The notes beneath the pieces were generated by a model. It had not been told where the DNA came from. It did not search any database and saw only the letters and a list, made by a program, of their open reading frames with translations. Shown in pieces: positions 16,018-29,276 of a stretch of 64,000 bases of DNA. Position 1 is the first letter of the stretch; the number at the start of each line of letters is the position of its first letter. The stretch comes from Eledone cirrhosa (Eukaryota), in contig OZ024754.1 of NCBI GenBank assembly GCA_964016885.1, positions 24,304,001 to 24,368,000 on the forward strand. The letters are read 5' to 3'. The translations under genes and the position numbers were made by a program.

Positions 16018-16304
16018 CATATATATATGCATATACATATATATACATATATATATGCATATACATATATATACATATATATATGCATATACATATATAT
16101 ATACATATACATATTTATATATACATATGTATAATATGATATATTAATATATAAATATATATATATCATATATATATATATTAATATATACATTAATATA
16201 TATGTATATATATATATATATAATATATGTATTACATATATCATATATATATCATATATATATCATATATATTGTATATATATATATATACACATATATA
16301 TATT

Positions 16305-16391
<87 letters not shown>

Positions 16392-16479
16392 CATACATAC
16401 ATACATATATATATATATATATTACAGGGAAATATATATATATGTATATATTTCCCTGTAATATTTTTTTCGTTGAATT

Positions 16480-17112
16480 CTATGAAAGCCCATCAACTTT
16501 CTGTGCCATACATTTGCATTGTTTTATTCTTTGTACTTTCCTGCGCTTGAACCGCATGTGTTTAGCTCCTTGGCATCTCAGAGTCACTCTTATCCAAGTG
16601 TAGCGTCTTGGCTTGCAGTAACCGCAAGCCATGAACGCAGCTCCCCCTCCGTCATGTTTACCACTGCGTGGTATAAAGAAAGAGTTACATTGGCCGTAAC
16701 AAAAGCGATTCAAAACAGTTTGTCGCAGGCAGCCTTCTTCTCGAATAACTTGTTTCAGTAGTTCAGTCTTGCACCATTCTTTTCTCAGATAACTCTTTCT
16801 TGTTACAGTGAAGGCAGTTTTACTTCCTTTGATTGGCAATTTGTCTTGTCGCGAACTCGAAGAATCCTGTCGACGATGATGGGGTAAGCCGATATTAAAG
16901 CTGTCGTCGACTTTCTTCTTTTTCGGTATGAGGCTCATACTTGAGTCCTCTCGCAGTGGTAGTTTGCCTCTTTTGTAAAGTGCTGAAGTACGGTTTGAAA
17001 CACGGAGAGGAATTCGTATTTTCCTTCCAGGTGGTGGGAAGTTCCATCCATCAGAAGGTAGGCTTACATAGAGCAGCAGAACGATGCTCACTGACAGATC
17101 ACAAGAATTCAT
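16480..17112 (-). CDS. grem: Gremlin-like DAN-family cystine-knot BMP antagonist, 210 aa, secreted
   Basis: Hydrophobic N-terminus ([11 protein letters not shown]). C-terminal DAN domain [21 protein letters not shown]...[14 protein letters not shown]...ACGYCKP...VTLRC...KQCKC has the nine-cysteine spacing of gremlin. Basic heparin-binding-like C-terminus, NRT sequon. Confidence 0.96.
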   Translation of the reverse strand: MNSCDLSVSIVLLLYVSLPSDGWNFPPPGRKIRIPLRVSNRTSALYKRGKLPLREDSSMSLIPKKKKVDDSFNIGLPHHRRQDSSSSRQDKLPIKGSKTAFTVTRKSYLRKEWCKTELLKQVIREEGCLRQTVLNRFCYGQCNSFFIPRSGKHDGGGAAFMACGYCKPRRYTWIRVTLRCQGAKHMRFKRRKVQRIKQCKCMAQKVDGLS

Positions 17113-17113
17113 C

Positions 17114-17136
17114 CTGCAAAAGGAAAAAAAAAAGCG
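17114..17136 (-). promoter_or_regulatory. 3' splice acceptor directly upstream of the gremlin ATG
   Basis: Minus strand reads cgcttttttttttccttttgcag|gATG, a polypyrimidine tract plus CAG, leaving 1 nt of 5'UTR in the coding exon. Confidence 0.85.
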
Positions 17137-17254
17137 TTAAATTAGTATAATAATAATGACGACGTCGATGATGAGGATGATGGTAATGGGGATAATGATG
17201 GTGGTGGTAGTGGTGGTGGTGGTGATGTTGGTGATGATGATGATGATGATAATA

Positions 17255-17342
17255 ATAGTTTCTTATATAGGCACAAGACCAGCAATTTTAGGGTAGGGGA
17301 AAGTAGATTAAATCGACATCAGTGCATTACTGGTACTTTATT
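17255..17342 (-). mobile_element. SINE family A 3' fragment
   Basis: tttcttatataggcacaagaccagcaatt...cagtgcattactggtacttta. Confidence 0.75.
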
Positions 17343-17350
17343 ATATATAT

Positions 17351-17389
<39 letters not shown>

Positions 17390-17604
17390 AAGGTTAATAT
17401 ATATCTGAGGGTACAATGTACCCCCGGAAATATATAGTGTGTCTATGATTTAAGGTGGTTCTATAAATACATATATACACACACACCAACCTTCACTATA
17501 CACCAACGTATTTATGGGTCACTTTCACGACCTTTCAGACCTGTATTAGTTGGAGTGAGGTCATATATTTTGTTGTTCCTGGGGTTTTTAACCCTAGGAT
17601 AGGA

Positions 17605-17694
17605 AAATGCTTCTCTGATGATCTTTGCTTTTCCATTAATATCCTCGTGATATCTAATGTTTTGCAAAGTGAAACTGTACAGTTAGGGCCATTT
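17605..17694 (+). ncRNA. Type I hammerhead ribozyme motif in a (TA)n-flanked element
   Basis: Helix I aaatgcttct/agggccattt (1 mismatch), CTGATGA 17615-21, helix II ctttgc/gcaaag with U.U at its base, GAAAC 17671-75, palindromic helix III AACTGTACAGTT, cleavage triplet GUU 17682-84. Confidence 0.75.
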
Positions 17695-17805
17695 GAATAG
17701 GTAAATATTTATATTATATTTTTTAATTTTGATTAATTTTAATTGTATATTAATTTTGATTTATTTTGAAAAATTGGTTGAATTTTACTTGTTCTGCTTA
17801 TCTTG

Positions 17806-17876
<71 letters not shown>

Positions 17877-18132
17877 TATACGTTTAAATTTGTGCAATGT
17901 TAACCATAACGTAATATGAGAAAAGCACTCGACGCTATACAACTCAGCCATCTTATGTGGAGCCATATTGGTGGTGCGGGAACGTGTCCGAGACGGCGAG
18001 GCATTTAACAATATGTTGCTTCGTTCGTCTCTGGGTCAAAAACATATACACATTTTTTTTTTCACTGTTTATTTTTGCTTGTTTCCTTAAATGTTACCAT
18101 CATTCCGTTGGTATACATCTATTACGCAATTT

Positions 18133-18194
18133 ACACCTGAAAATGTCACCGGGTTCATACGCAACAAAGCCACTGAAATGTGCATTGTGTTTGC
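18133..18194 (+). ncRNA. Decayed hammerhead-like motif
   Basis: acac-CTGAAAA...GAAA-TGTGC-ATT-gtgt with flank extension gcaa/ttgc. G8 is mutated and helix II is weak. Confidence 0.4.
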
Positions 18195-18267
18195 AGAAAT
18201 AAACAATTAGGGAAATTCAACATATTTGGCCTCCTGTCATTTCACTTCATATATATATATATATACA

Positions 18268-18376
<109 letters not shown>

Positions 18377-18386
18377 ATATTTACAT

Positions 18387-18424
<38 letters not shown>

Positions 18425-18918
18425 CTTCAATTTGAAAATGTAACGAAAAACAATATAGAGTGAAAAGAAAGAGGCAGGAGTTACTTTGGAAATGTAATGC
18501 ACTCCCCCTCCTCCTCCTCCTTCCCTCGCCCCTTTAGTTATTGTCTCTACTTTGTTTCTATTAACACATCTATGAAATTTACTAATTATCTAGAGATAAT
18601 TTGAAATTTGAGATTGCAATGAATTTAAATGGCTGATAAATTTCATTACAAGACATCACCACCACCGCTTCCATCCATCATTCACACTACATGCCTTTCA
18701 CCCCCCCCCCTTTCATATCTCCCCTTACCTCGCCCTACCACACTTTCCATTCTTTCTCTTGACTTCTCTTATTTCTCTTCGTTTGTCTTATTACCATATT
18801 ATACCACACCCAGACACCAAATTCTCATTGATGGACGCCTGAACGCATTCAGTCCACCCCAAATTTGCGAAATGAATTTCTATACTGAAGAAAGAAGGAA
18901 AGAAAGAAAAAGGATGGG

Positions 18919-18961
<43 letters not shown>

Positions 18962-18963
18962 AA

Positions 18964-19035
<72 letters not shown>

Positions 19036-19453
19036 AATAAAAAAATAAAAAAATTACGCACACGCTGACGCACACACTTTCACACAGATACACTGCACGC
19101 AAACGCAAACACACTGTCACACACATACATCATACACCATATATAAATACATTGTGAAACACACACAGACACACACCCACTGTCATCATAAACAAACACT
19201 AAGCCATTCTCACACACATCCGTACTCCCATAATTATACATGCAATCTCTCAGACACACTGATATATTATTGTGATGAGTGATCAACATGTCCTTGAAAA
19301 GGATGTTGATAACATATTACAATAGTACTGGCAAGATTAATATACAAGTAGAAACAAAAGGAACATTGCAAATATGGAAATAGATATGAGAAATAAAAAA
19401 ACAAAGTTATATAAACACACACACACACACATATATATATATATCTTTTGACG

Positions 19454-19930
19454 CTAAACTCTGCCAGTTGCAGACTGCACATCAACATGTGATATCTCTC
19501 TCCACAAAGTTCGATCACCAGCAGCAGAGTTCAAAGAGCAAAGATCAAATCCAGTCCATGAACTGACATTGTCAAGCCATCGTTTTGAATGCCGACCTCT
19601 GTTTCTCTTACCAGCAAACCTTCCTTCCAGACATAACCTGCTCACACCACGAGTTGATCTTTTTATATGACTGTATAGTTTGAGTACTCTTGACTTGACA
19701 ATTGATGCAATTGGTCTAAGTTTGGTAATGTTGAGCAGCTCACTGATACAGATACGGTCGCTGAGCTGCTTGCCAGTCATAAGTCTCATGATGTGGTTCT
19801 GGAATGTAGAGAGCTTCTGAAGTGATCTTTTCGTTCAATTAACACAGTCAAGACCATATAACACAACTGGTAGGATGTAAGTATCAAAGATCTTAGCCTT
19901 CAAATGGTAGGAAAAAAGTCATCTCAAAGA
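19454..19930 (-). pseudogene. RTE-clade LINE 3' fragment (C-terminus of RT ORF)
   Basis: KAKIFDTYILPVVLYGLDC...LSTFQNHIMRLMTG...DRI...RVLKLYSHIKRS...LEGRFAGKRNRGRHSKRWLDNV...AGDRTLWR is a typical RTE C-terminus. Confidence 0.88.
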
Positions 19931-19934
19931 TTCG

Positions 19935-20163
19935 TTGTATAGAGGGGGCCAGCTCCGGACCCTCGAAGAGTGAACAGGAGGGCACACCAACACCCCCAGA
20001 CTGATATGACAGCTATGACTAGGGGTTCACACCAGCAACCTCGGACTGGTTTGATTTATATGAATAGAAGAAACACCCATACAAAAGAACAGACCTTCAA
20101 TATCTGTACATACAACACACGTAGCATCAATGTCCGTAATACCAACTCTCTTGAGACAATGAT
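19935..20163 (+). pseudogene. Inverted 5' piece of a LINE: N-terminus of apurinic-type endonuclease
   Basis: FNICTYNTRSI resembles the APE-domain N-terminal motif (I.T.NVR.L). Orientation is opposite to the adjacent RTE 3' fragment. Confidence 0.65.
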
Positions 20164-20177
20164 GTATATATATATAT

Positions 20178-20273
<96 letters not shown>

Positions 20274-20724
20274 TGGAAATACCACGGAAAATATATTTAC
20301 GGGTCTGTTTTTCTTTTTTTTTCCTTTCTTTGATTCGTCATAGTGACATTATTGAAAATATGAGGGGGACAATTCTTTTAAAAAAGAGTTTTATAAAGTA
20401 TATAAAGTATATAAAGTATAAACGGTTTCGATGTATTAGTAAAATTCATCTTATCAAATGTTGAGTATTACAATTAGAAAGAATTAATAAGAATTAAAAA
20501 CTAAAAATTAAAGATTTAAAATTAAGTGTGGGAGTAAGTTTTTTTCATCTTCCTTGTTGAGAAGGAGACTGGAAAACGAACTCTTGTGTATATAGAGAGA
20601 AGTGTAGTCATGGTAGTAGGTGTGTTTTTTCATGTTTTTTCATATATATATAAATGGCTTCGACATGACTAGAACTTTTTCATTCGAAAGAAGTCATCAG
20701 GAAAGCCAGGGCTTTCCTGATGAT

Positions 20725-20860
20725 TTACTTACGACGCCCGAAAGGTTGAAAGGCAAAGTTAACCTCGGCGAGATTTGAAATGAGAACGTAAAGGACCGTA
20801 ACAATATGCCACGAAGCATGTTGTCCGACGCTCTGTAGATACTACTAATCCACCGCCCTA
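20725..20860 (-). mobile_element. SINE family A (3'-truncated)
   Basis: gaaaggcaaagttaacctcggcgagatttgaa...tccgacgctct...aatccaccgccc. Confidence 0.85.
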
Positions 20861-23064
20861 ATCTACTGCGTATATAATACGTCACTCTCTGCCAAGAATC
20901 ACTTACTCTCAGGTCCCAAATAATAGGGGGGAATTGGAATACGCGAGAGTGGGGGGAGGGGCGCTGAAGAGATTTTCTTAAATTCTTATAAACGGGTGTA
21001 GGTTGGGTGTGTTGGGAAATCGGTAATTGTATAGAGTACGTTCGTAAATATGATATTTCTTGTAATGTTCTTTTTTGTCATATATAATGTTTTCTTTTTT
21101 CATGTAAAATAAGATTATTATTAGATTCTCTAGCTGCTGTATTGATATAAATCACTTACAATAAAATTTCGCCGGAGATAGATAAGCAAGATTTAATAAG
21201 CGAAGGGGAAGACCTGAGAGTACGTATGTTATCGCATATCGTTATATATGACCAATCGTTATCCGTTTGCTCAGGATCGACGCAGCCATCAACACCAACT
21301 AGGCAGACACCTATGATGCAGATTTCAAAGAGGTTCATTACTGAAAATTAAAGGATCAGAAATTTATTCCAATTTGTATAACTAAATAAAATTAAATATA
21401 TAATCATTTTCCGCGATCAATAAATAAACAGCTTTGCCGCTTAGCAGCGTTGTGGAAATATCGAAAGCGCTGCCATGGGTCACATGGTATTATAATGTGT
21501 CACATGATTTGATGTGGGTGAGTGTGGATTGTGTAGTAGAAAATGCTGGTTTAATAATATTCTGAGTTAATAAAATTCAGAGCAATCAGTGCCAAAGGCT
21601 AGGTTTGTCAGCTGTAAGTTGAAATTATTTTATTTGGGATAATGGAGCGCGTATGGTTTAGCGCTAAATACTCAGCCGTCATCCTCACATATGGTGATTG
21701 ATTTTCTCGTGTGTGGTTATTTGAAATGTGTGAAGCTGGCTTTTAGATATATTTATCAATTCATTTATGACATGCTTCTGAATAGGAGGTAAATGATGTG
21801 GAATCTACAATCTGAGATAGACGGCCTAACTAATGTTTATATTAGCCCCCTTCTTGGATGTTGATTGACGCAGATTCTTTAACGCAGCCCCACCCTACTA
21901 TTGCCTGCACCTGACCAAGAGTTATGCCATTCCCTTCTTTATGAATTGTAGGCGTTTGATTGGTATATCGCTAAAACTAAGCCCGCACCTATCAACACGT
22001 TTCAACAACCAGACCACCAATGTGTTGTGTCGTTTCTCTAACACTTCACTACTCTCACTATAACGCTCTCTTGCCAACTGTCTTACCACTTTCAGCCAAA
22101 AGAAAACGATGTTTCCACGTCATTCCTATATTAGATCTCCCTTCAAAACACAAATTAAACACTTCTCTCGCTCAACTCCTGAAATGTGTTCTTTAACAAA
22201 CCCCGATTATTCCTTAACAACACCCGAATGTTCTTTAACAACCACAGAGTACTCTTTAACAACGTCCGAGTAGTACCGATAGCGAGGGTACCGATAGCGA
22301 GGGTATGGTGTTTAGCAAGGTATCGCTACGAGGTTGTGAATCAGAGCGGAAACATGCCAGATGGCACTGGTCAAGTAGGTGCACAGGGCTATCTGAAGCC
22401 TTGTCGCACTGGATTGTCTCCCATTTGTATTGGAGAGATTGAATGTTCATAGAGTGGAAGAGAAATTAGATGTCCGCACAGTGGAGACTGGGTGGCTTCA
22501 GGTTACGTATACCACTGCGAGTTCCCTGACCGCAGTAGGTTTTGATGTATTTTGGAGAACCTTGTCGGTGAGGGCACGGCAGGAGGTCATCGACGAAAGA
22601 AATGCTAATGATATTGGACACCGAGGCTACCATATCTGAGCCGTAATGCGCCATCTAACTGGAAGTTGTACATCTCCACACCACCCTATATCTGTAAGAA
22701 GAGATGGCTTAATGTAATAAGGGACGTTACAAAAGGTATACAAAAGCTTCGACGTGGCGATGTTGTTTCTCACCAGGCAGATGGCCGGGTGTACGTCAAT
22801 TAGGCTCAGTCTGCTGGCGAAACTTGAACTTAAGGGTCAGACGGATGGCAGGTAGGAAGATTGATTAACAGAGTATGGGAACAATTTCCTTCACGGAGGG
22901 AGGAGGGGGTCACTTATATCTAGTGGGGTATCGATCGCACGTCCGAGACGAGGACCTTCAAACCCGCTCTGTCGTAATTAATGTTCACAACCTCCGACTT
23001 AGATGAGGTGACATCTCCTACCGAAAATCCCACTCTATGAGCGACAGTCACCCGAAAAGAAGAA

Positions 23065-23225
23065 AAGATCAACATCATCGGTAACTACTGAGCCGCAGGT
23101 TTTATATCGGAGTTATCCCAGTTTCTTGAGTTGCCTTCTCCTAGAAGAATACCCTGACAAAGGCTAGGGGTCCTTCACTCCCAGTGGTTTAACCGCGCGA
23201 TGAGGTGTCCAGTCCGACTATTTCT
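23065..23225 (-). mobile_element. Probable RTE-type LINE 5'UTR fragment
   Basis: Minus strand contains ...tctaggagaaggcaactc...ataaaacct, resembling an RTE 5'UTR motif as recalled; not verified by search. Confidence 0.45.
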
Positions 23226-23387
23226 ATGCCCCCGCGCATATACATACACATGCATATGTATATACATAGACACATATATACATATGTATATACATATTTA
23301 CACATTTTCACCGTTGCCTCTTATGAGTTGTTCCCGTCTTTGTATATATATATATATACATGCATATATATACATACATACACACAT

Positions 23388-23418
<31 letters not shown>

Positions 23419-23422
23419 CACA

Positions 23423-23468
<46 letters not shown>

Positions 23469-23670
23469 CATACATATTATATATATATGTATGTATGTAT
23501 ATATATATATATAGTATATGTATGTGTGTGCGTTTATATATAACTTCATAATGAACTGGCTGCTGACTGATGACTACATATACAACCTTCAGCAAGTGAT
23601 GAAAAACATGCTACCAGCTAGCTATATGTGTGTGTGTGTATGTGTGTAATCTACTAAAATTATAAAATTT

Positions 23671-24070
23671 TTACAGAAATTCAGTATATACAATGATTTT
23701 GAGTTTATTCTTTGGAGCATATATGAAGAGTTTGTGGGGGCTACCTACTTTGGAACAACCTACATACAACTGACCCTGTGAGAAACAACCCTCTTTTAGC
23801 TGCAGTGTTTGATCTGGGGAATTGTTAATGGTCATTTCTTTGGAAATTGCAATCGTCTGAAAGGAAAGGGGACATCTTTTGATATTAGCGGCATTCTAGG
23901 TATAAGTGCGATGCCTCCCATACCACATCAAGTGAAGAGTTTGGCTTCGATAATGTGAGGCTGTAGTTCAGTCACAACGACACGAGTCCCATTGCACAAT
24001 CATGGCTGATCCAGGTTTCTGATGATTGTGCTCTGCTATAATTCAATGTTGTATGGCAGCATACCAGATA
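23671..24070 (-). pseudogene. Helitron RepHel PIF1-family helicase C-terminal remnant
   Basis: Minus-strand peptides IRNLDQP*LCNGTRVVV..L.PHIIEA...IPRMPLIS.DVPFPFRRLQFP and FSQGQLYVGCSKVGS...IVYTEFL* match the Helitron motifs LCNGTRL, FKRLQFP, FSHGQLYVACSRV. Confidence 0.88.
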
Positions 24071-24520
24071 GCAAGCGAGGCAGAGCCCATTCGAACGGAG
24101 TGGGAGGACGACGAGAACAAACGGTCGCTACCAAGGTGAGCAGGGCACACACAGCCTAGTGAAGGACGGACGCCTATACATTCAGTCTTCGAGCTAGCAA
24201 ATATTCTTCGTTTTCTGTTATATGATTATATAACCGGCAGTTGTACCACTCAACCACCAACACAGTTCTAATTTTCAAACGTTTTTTAAAGTGATATTGT
24301 AAATATTTAGCTTTGAATTCCATATGGTCTCACGTATGGATTTGCTTAAATATATTACGTCGTTGGATACCGGGTTGGGTTATTCTATCAATTATCAAAG
24401 AGTAATCTTTCTATTATTAATTTTTTTTTAAATTTTTATATTTTTCCCTAGGAATGACTGATTATATATATATTCGAATTTTTTTTCTGTTTCTCCTTTG
24501 TGGTCCTGTCTCTATTTTGT

Positions 24521-24556
24521 ACTCGTGAAGAAGGACTTAAGCCCGACACGTCGAAC
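24521..24556 (+). ncRNA. Decayed Penelope-type minimal hammerhead
   Basis: gTGAAGA-aggacttaagccc-GAcAC-GTC compared with the Penelope-type pattern CTGAAGAAGG...CCGAAACGTC (ACGT palindromic helix III). Two core substitutions. Confidence 0.45.
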
Positions 24557-24612
24557 TTTCCTCTTTCCAATATAAAGTGTGAAACTAATAAGACTTTTTG
24601 TATCTCTGTTGG

Positions 24613-25701
<1,089 letters not shown>

Positions 25702-25968
25702 CACACAGAAACAAAATGGCGTAGGACAGAACAAAGGAGAGGCACAGAAACAAAGAAAGGAATCCCCAGTCACTGAAGAGGTCACAGAGTGTGTGAAGAA
25801 AGAACTATGACTATATATAAACAACTATCTGGTTGTGGAACCAACCAACCAACCAACCAGAAATTTATAAATTTATAAATTTATTATAAATTTATTATAA
25901 TAAATTGAAGTGAAAGCATGAGTGCGTGTGTTTCTTATTGGCAACATGACCCTCCCAAAGTATGACAA
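25702..25968 (+). mobile_element. Hammerhead-bearing short element (family C) ending in (TA)n
   Basis: agtca-CTGAAGA-ggtcaca..tgtgaa-GAAAG-aa-CTA-tgact at 25768-25812, 3' end catgaccctcccaaagtatgacaata. Homologues at ~47036-47280 and ~63055-63465. Confidence 0.75.
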
Positions 25969-25980
25969 TATATATATATA

Positions 25981-26011
<31 letters not shown>

Positions 26012-26261
26012 GATATATATGATATGTTGATTTATAACTGAACTATTCACAAGTGTTTTTTAACCTTCATATCATGTGTCCCTATTTTATCTGACGAGAA
26101 CGCAAATGTTATTGCATGATGATATTTGTTTTTGGGGTGCGCATAGTGGGGTACATGGAACTCTTTTGACCATCTTTTGATCTTATATATTATTTATACT
26201 CCAGTCTACTTGTCCGATATCTGCATTGCTTTATTGTACTACAATAAAACTCACCTCCTAC

Positions 26262-26327
<66 letters not shown>

Positions 26328-27507
26328 CACACACTTATACACACATATATGTATACACATACACACACTTTCACGTTGTAGTGTGTGTGAAAGATGCACA
26401 TATATATGGACATACAATAAATAAAACTAAACCAAGTTACTTAAACAAATTAACTCCAGAAACCCCGGCTTTGATCTTAATAAAATGGGGATTAAGGATG
26501 CTGGTGACTGGGCTGTAACCAAGGGTCTACAATATTTAAAGGACCCCCAAGTTAATGTTTTTGTTACCATAAATAATATAAGCGGGTCCCGCTGAACCCG
26601 ATTAGTGCTGTAGATGTGTGTGTTTCTGTGTCTCCTTCAGTACTATAGATGTGTGTGTGTTGCTGGACCTCTCTCAGTATTGTAGATGTGTGATATGTAT
26701 GTGTGTGTATGTGGGTGTCGCTGGGTCTCCCTCAGTTCCGACAACGAATATTTCAGTTGTTCAAAAAACAGAACAGTCTGCTCGTAAAAATTAACTTGCA
26801 AGTGACCGAGCGTCCCACAGACACGTGCATCCTTAAGTATTTCTCGGGGAGATCCAGTGTGATACCATATGGGATAAGGCTGGCCATCTGAATTACAGAT
26901 ACAATTGATTTTTGCCAGTTGAGTGAGCTGGAGCAACATTCAACATTCAAGGATACAAGACGCTGCTGTAATTGAACTCACGACCTTATGATGATGAGTC
27001 GAACCCCCTAACAATTTAGCCATGAGCCTTCCTCACTGTAAATGTAGGAGCAGTTGTAATAACCAAAGGATAACAGATATCACACTCGTTTTAAGTGACG
27101 CCACCCTCTCCCCATGAAACGTTAAAAGAGACATGTAGTAGAGTGGAATATTTAAGGTATTTACACCTGAAATATGTATGAAAGCAGGTATAGCATATAG
27201 GTACGTAGGTAGAAACAGAAAATACCTATATATACACACATACACAAAGATGCACACAAACGCATACATACTTACATACACACATACATACATACATACA
27301 TATACATATACATACATATATATATATATGGATCGAGTAAATCTGTATATATACATATATACATACATATAGGGTGTGTGTTTGTATGAGTGCATGTGTA
27401 TATATATATAGTAAAAAATTGAACGGGAACAAAACAGAGAGGCAGTACGAACAAAGGTTTATTAGTTTCACGCTCTTGAGAGTGGGGTATAAATATATAT
27501 ATCTATA

Positions 27508-27576
<69 letters not shown>

Positions 27577-27859
27577 CTGACCAGTATTTGAATGTCAACT
27601 TTTGACTTTAAAAATAGACATAAACATTTCAACATCTACTTGTTTATATAGGTATGTCTTTGATGAACGGCTTACATAGTGGTTTAATTGCACAGGTACA
27701 TACACACATACACATACATACATAAATACATGCATACATGCACATACACACATACACACATACATGCATACATACATGCCCATACAAACGCACACATACA
27801 TGCATGCATACATACGCACATACATACACACATACATACACACAATCACACACATACAC

Positions 27860-28083
27860 ACACAGAAGCATATAGGTATATATATTGACATACAAACCTA
27901 CCTACATACACACACAGAGAAACACATAGGTAAATATATTAACATACAAACCTACCTACACACACACACACACACACAGAGAAACACATAGGTAAATATA
28001 TTAACATACAAACCTACCTACACACATACATACACACACACAGAGAAACACATAGGTAAATATATTAACATACATACCTACTT

Positions 28084-28122
<39 letters not shown>

Positions 28123-28445
28123 CACATAGGTAAATATATTAACATACAAACCTACCTACACACATACATACACACACACAGAGAAACACATAGGTAAATA
28201 TATTAACATACAAACCTACTTACACACACACACACAAAGAAACACATAGGTAAATATATTAACATACATACCTACCTACACACACACACAGAGAAACACA
28301 TAGGTAAATATATTAACATACATACCTACCTACACACATACATACACACACACACACAGAGAAACACATAGGTAAATATATTAACATACATATCTACTTA
28401 CACACACACACACACACACACACAGGTAAATATATTGACATATAT
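27860..28445. repeat. Minisatellite with variable internal (CA)n
   Basis: Roughly ten copies of gaaacacataggtaaatatattaacatacaaacctacctaca(ca)n. Confidence 0.9.
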
Positions 28446-28479
28446 AAATAGTCAGCTTAAATTAGTTGTTTTAAACGTC

Positions 28480-28680
28480 CAGGCCTGTGGAGATGAGGGT
28501 TGCACATTTTTTCGGGGGTATGTGTTACCCATATGAACTGTCTCCTCCTATTGGGGAAAATCGACTAATTTTTAAATTGCATTTGTGATAATATATTACA
28601 CGTTTTTATTGTATGTAAACTTCCCCCTTTGTATTTGTCTCCTTCTTTTGTGCCCCTGTGGCTAATAAAGAAACATATCT
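28480..28680 (+). mobile_element. LINE 3'UTR fragment related to 35110-35410
   Basis: cctattggggaa...gcccctgtggctaataaagaaa followed by a simple-repeat tail. Confidence 0.55.
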
Positions 28681-29078
28681 ATCTAATAATCCATCTATCT
28701 AACTAACTCTCTCATTATATATATATATATGCATATATACATATATATATGTGTGTGTTTATATATGCATAATATATATATATAAACAAGTCAGTATCAA
28801 TTACTTTATGTATGTGTATGTGTTTGATTTGTGTATGTGCGTATGTGTGTATATGCGTGTGCACACGTGTCTGTGTGTGTGGGCGTGTATATGTGTATTA
28901 GTATATGCGCGCGCGCGTGTGTGTATAAACAATATTAACCGATATACATTTGTAAACACTAGTTCAAGAATGAATGTAGAGAAGGTTCGAATCCTGTCGG
29001 CACTCTCTTTGATGTTCCTCGCCCTTCCTCCTCACAAGAAATGTTGTTTACAAATGTACACTGTGTGATATATATATA

Positions 29079-29156
29079 TAACGAAGGAAATGTGGTAAGG
29101 AACCAGGTGGACCATAACGCACGAAAGTACTCAATACTTAGGGTAGTAGAGTGGGT
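29079..29156 (-). mobile_element. 3' end of (TA)n-targeting element family D (cf. 45186-45350)
   Basis: acgaagga..tgtggtaaggaaccag.tggaccataacgcac..aagtactcaatacttagggtagtagagtgggta is shared with 45187-45264. Confidence 0.8.
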
Positions 29157-29192
29157 ATATATGCGTGTGTGTGCGTTGAATGTGTATGTATG

Positions 29193-29242
<50 letters not shown>

Positions 29243-29243
29243 C

Positions 29244-29276
<33 letters not shown>

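Noticed and set aside
16519-17150. Plus-strand ORFs overlapping gremlin
   Set aside because: Antisense shadows with no recognisable motif.
21850-23060. Higher-GC stretch as a coding exon or LTR-retrotransposon remnant
   Set aside because: Only short ORFs with no motif I could recognise; a BLASTX search would be needed.
28983-29002. tRNA gene from B-box ggttcgaatcc (and the SINE heads)
   Set aside because: No cloverleaf or matching A box here; the SINE heads are only tRNA-derived.
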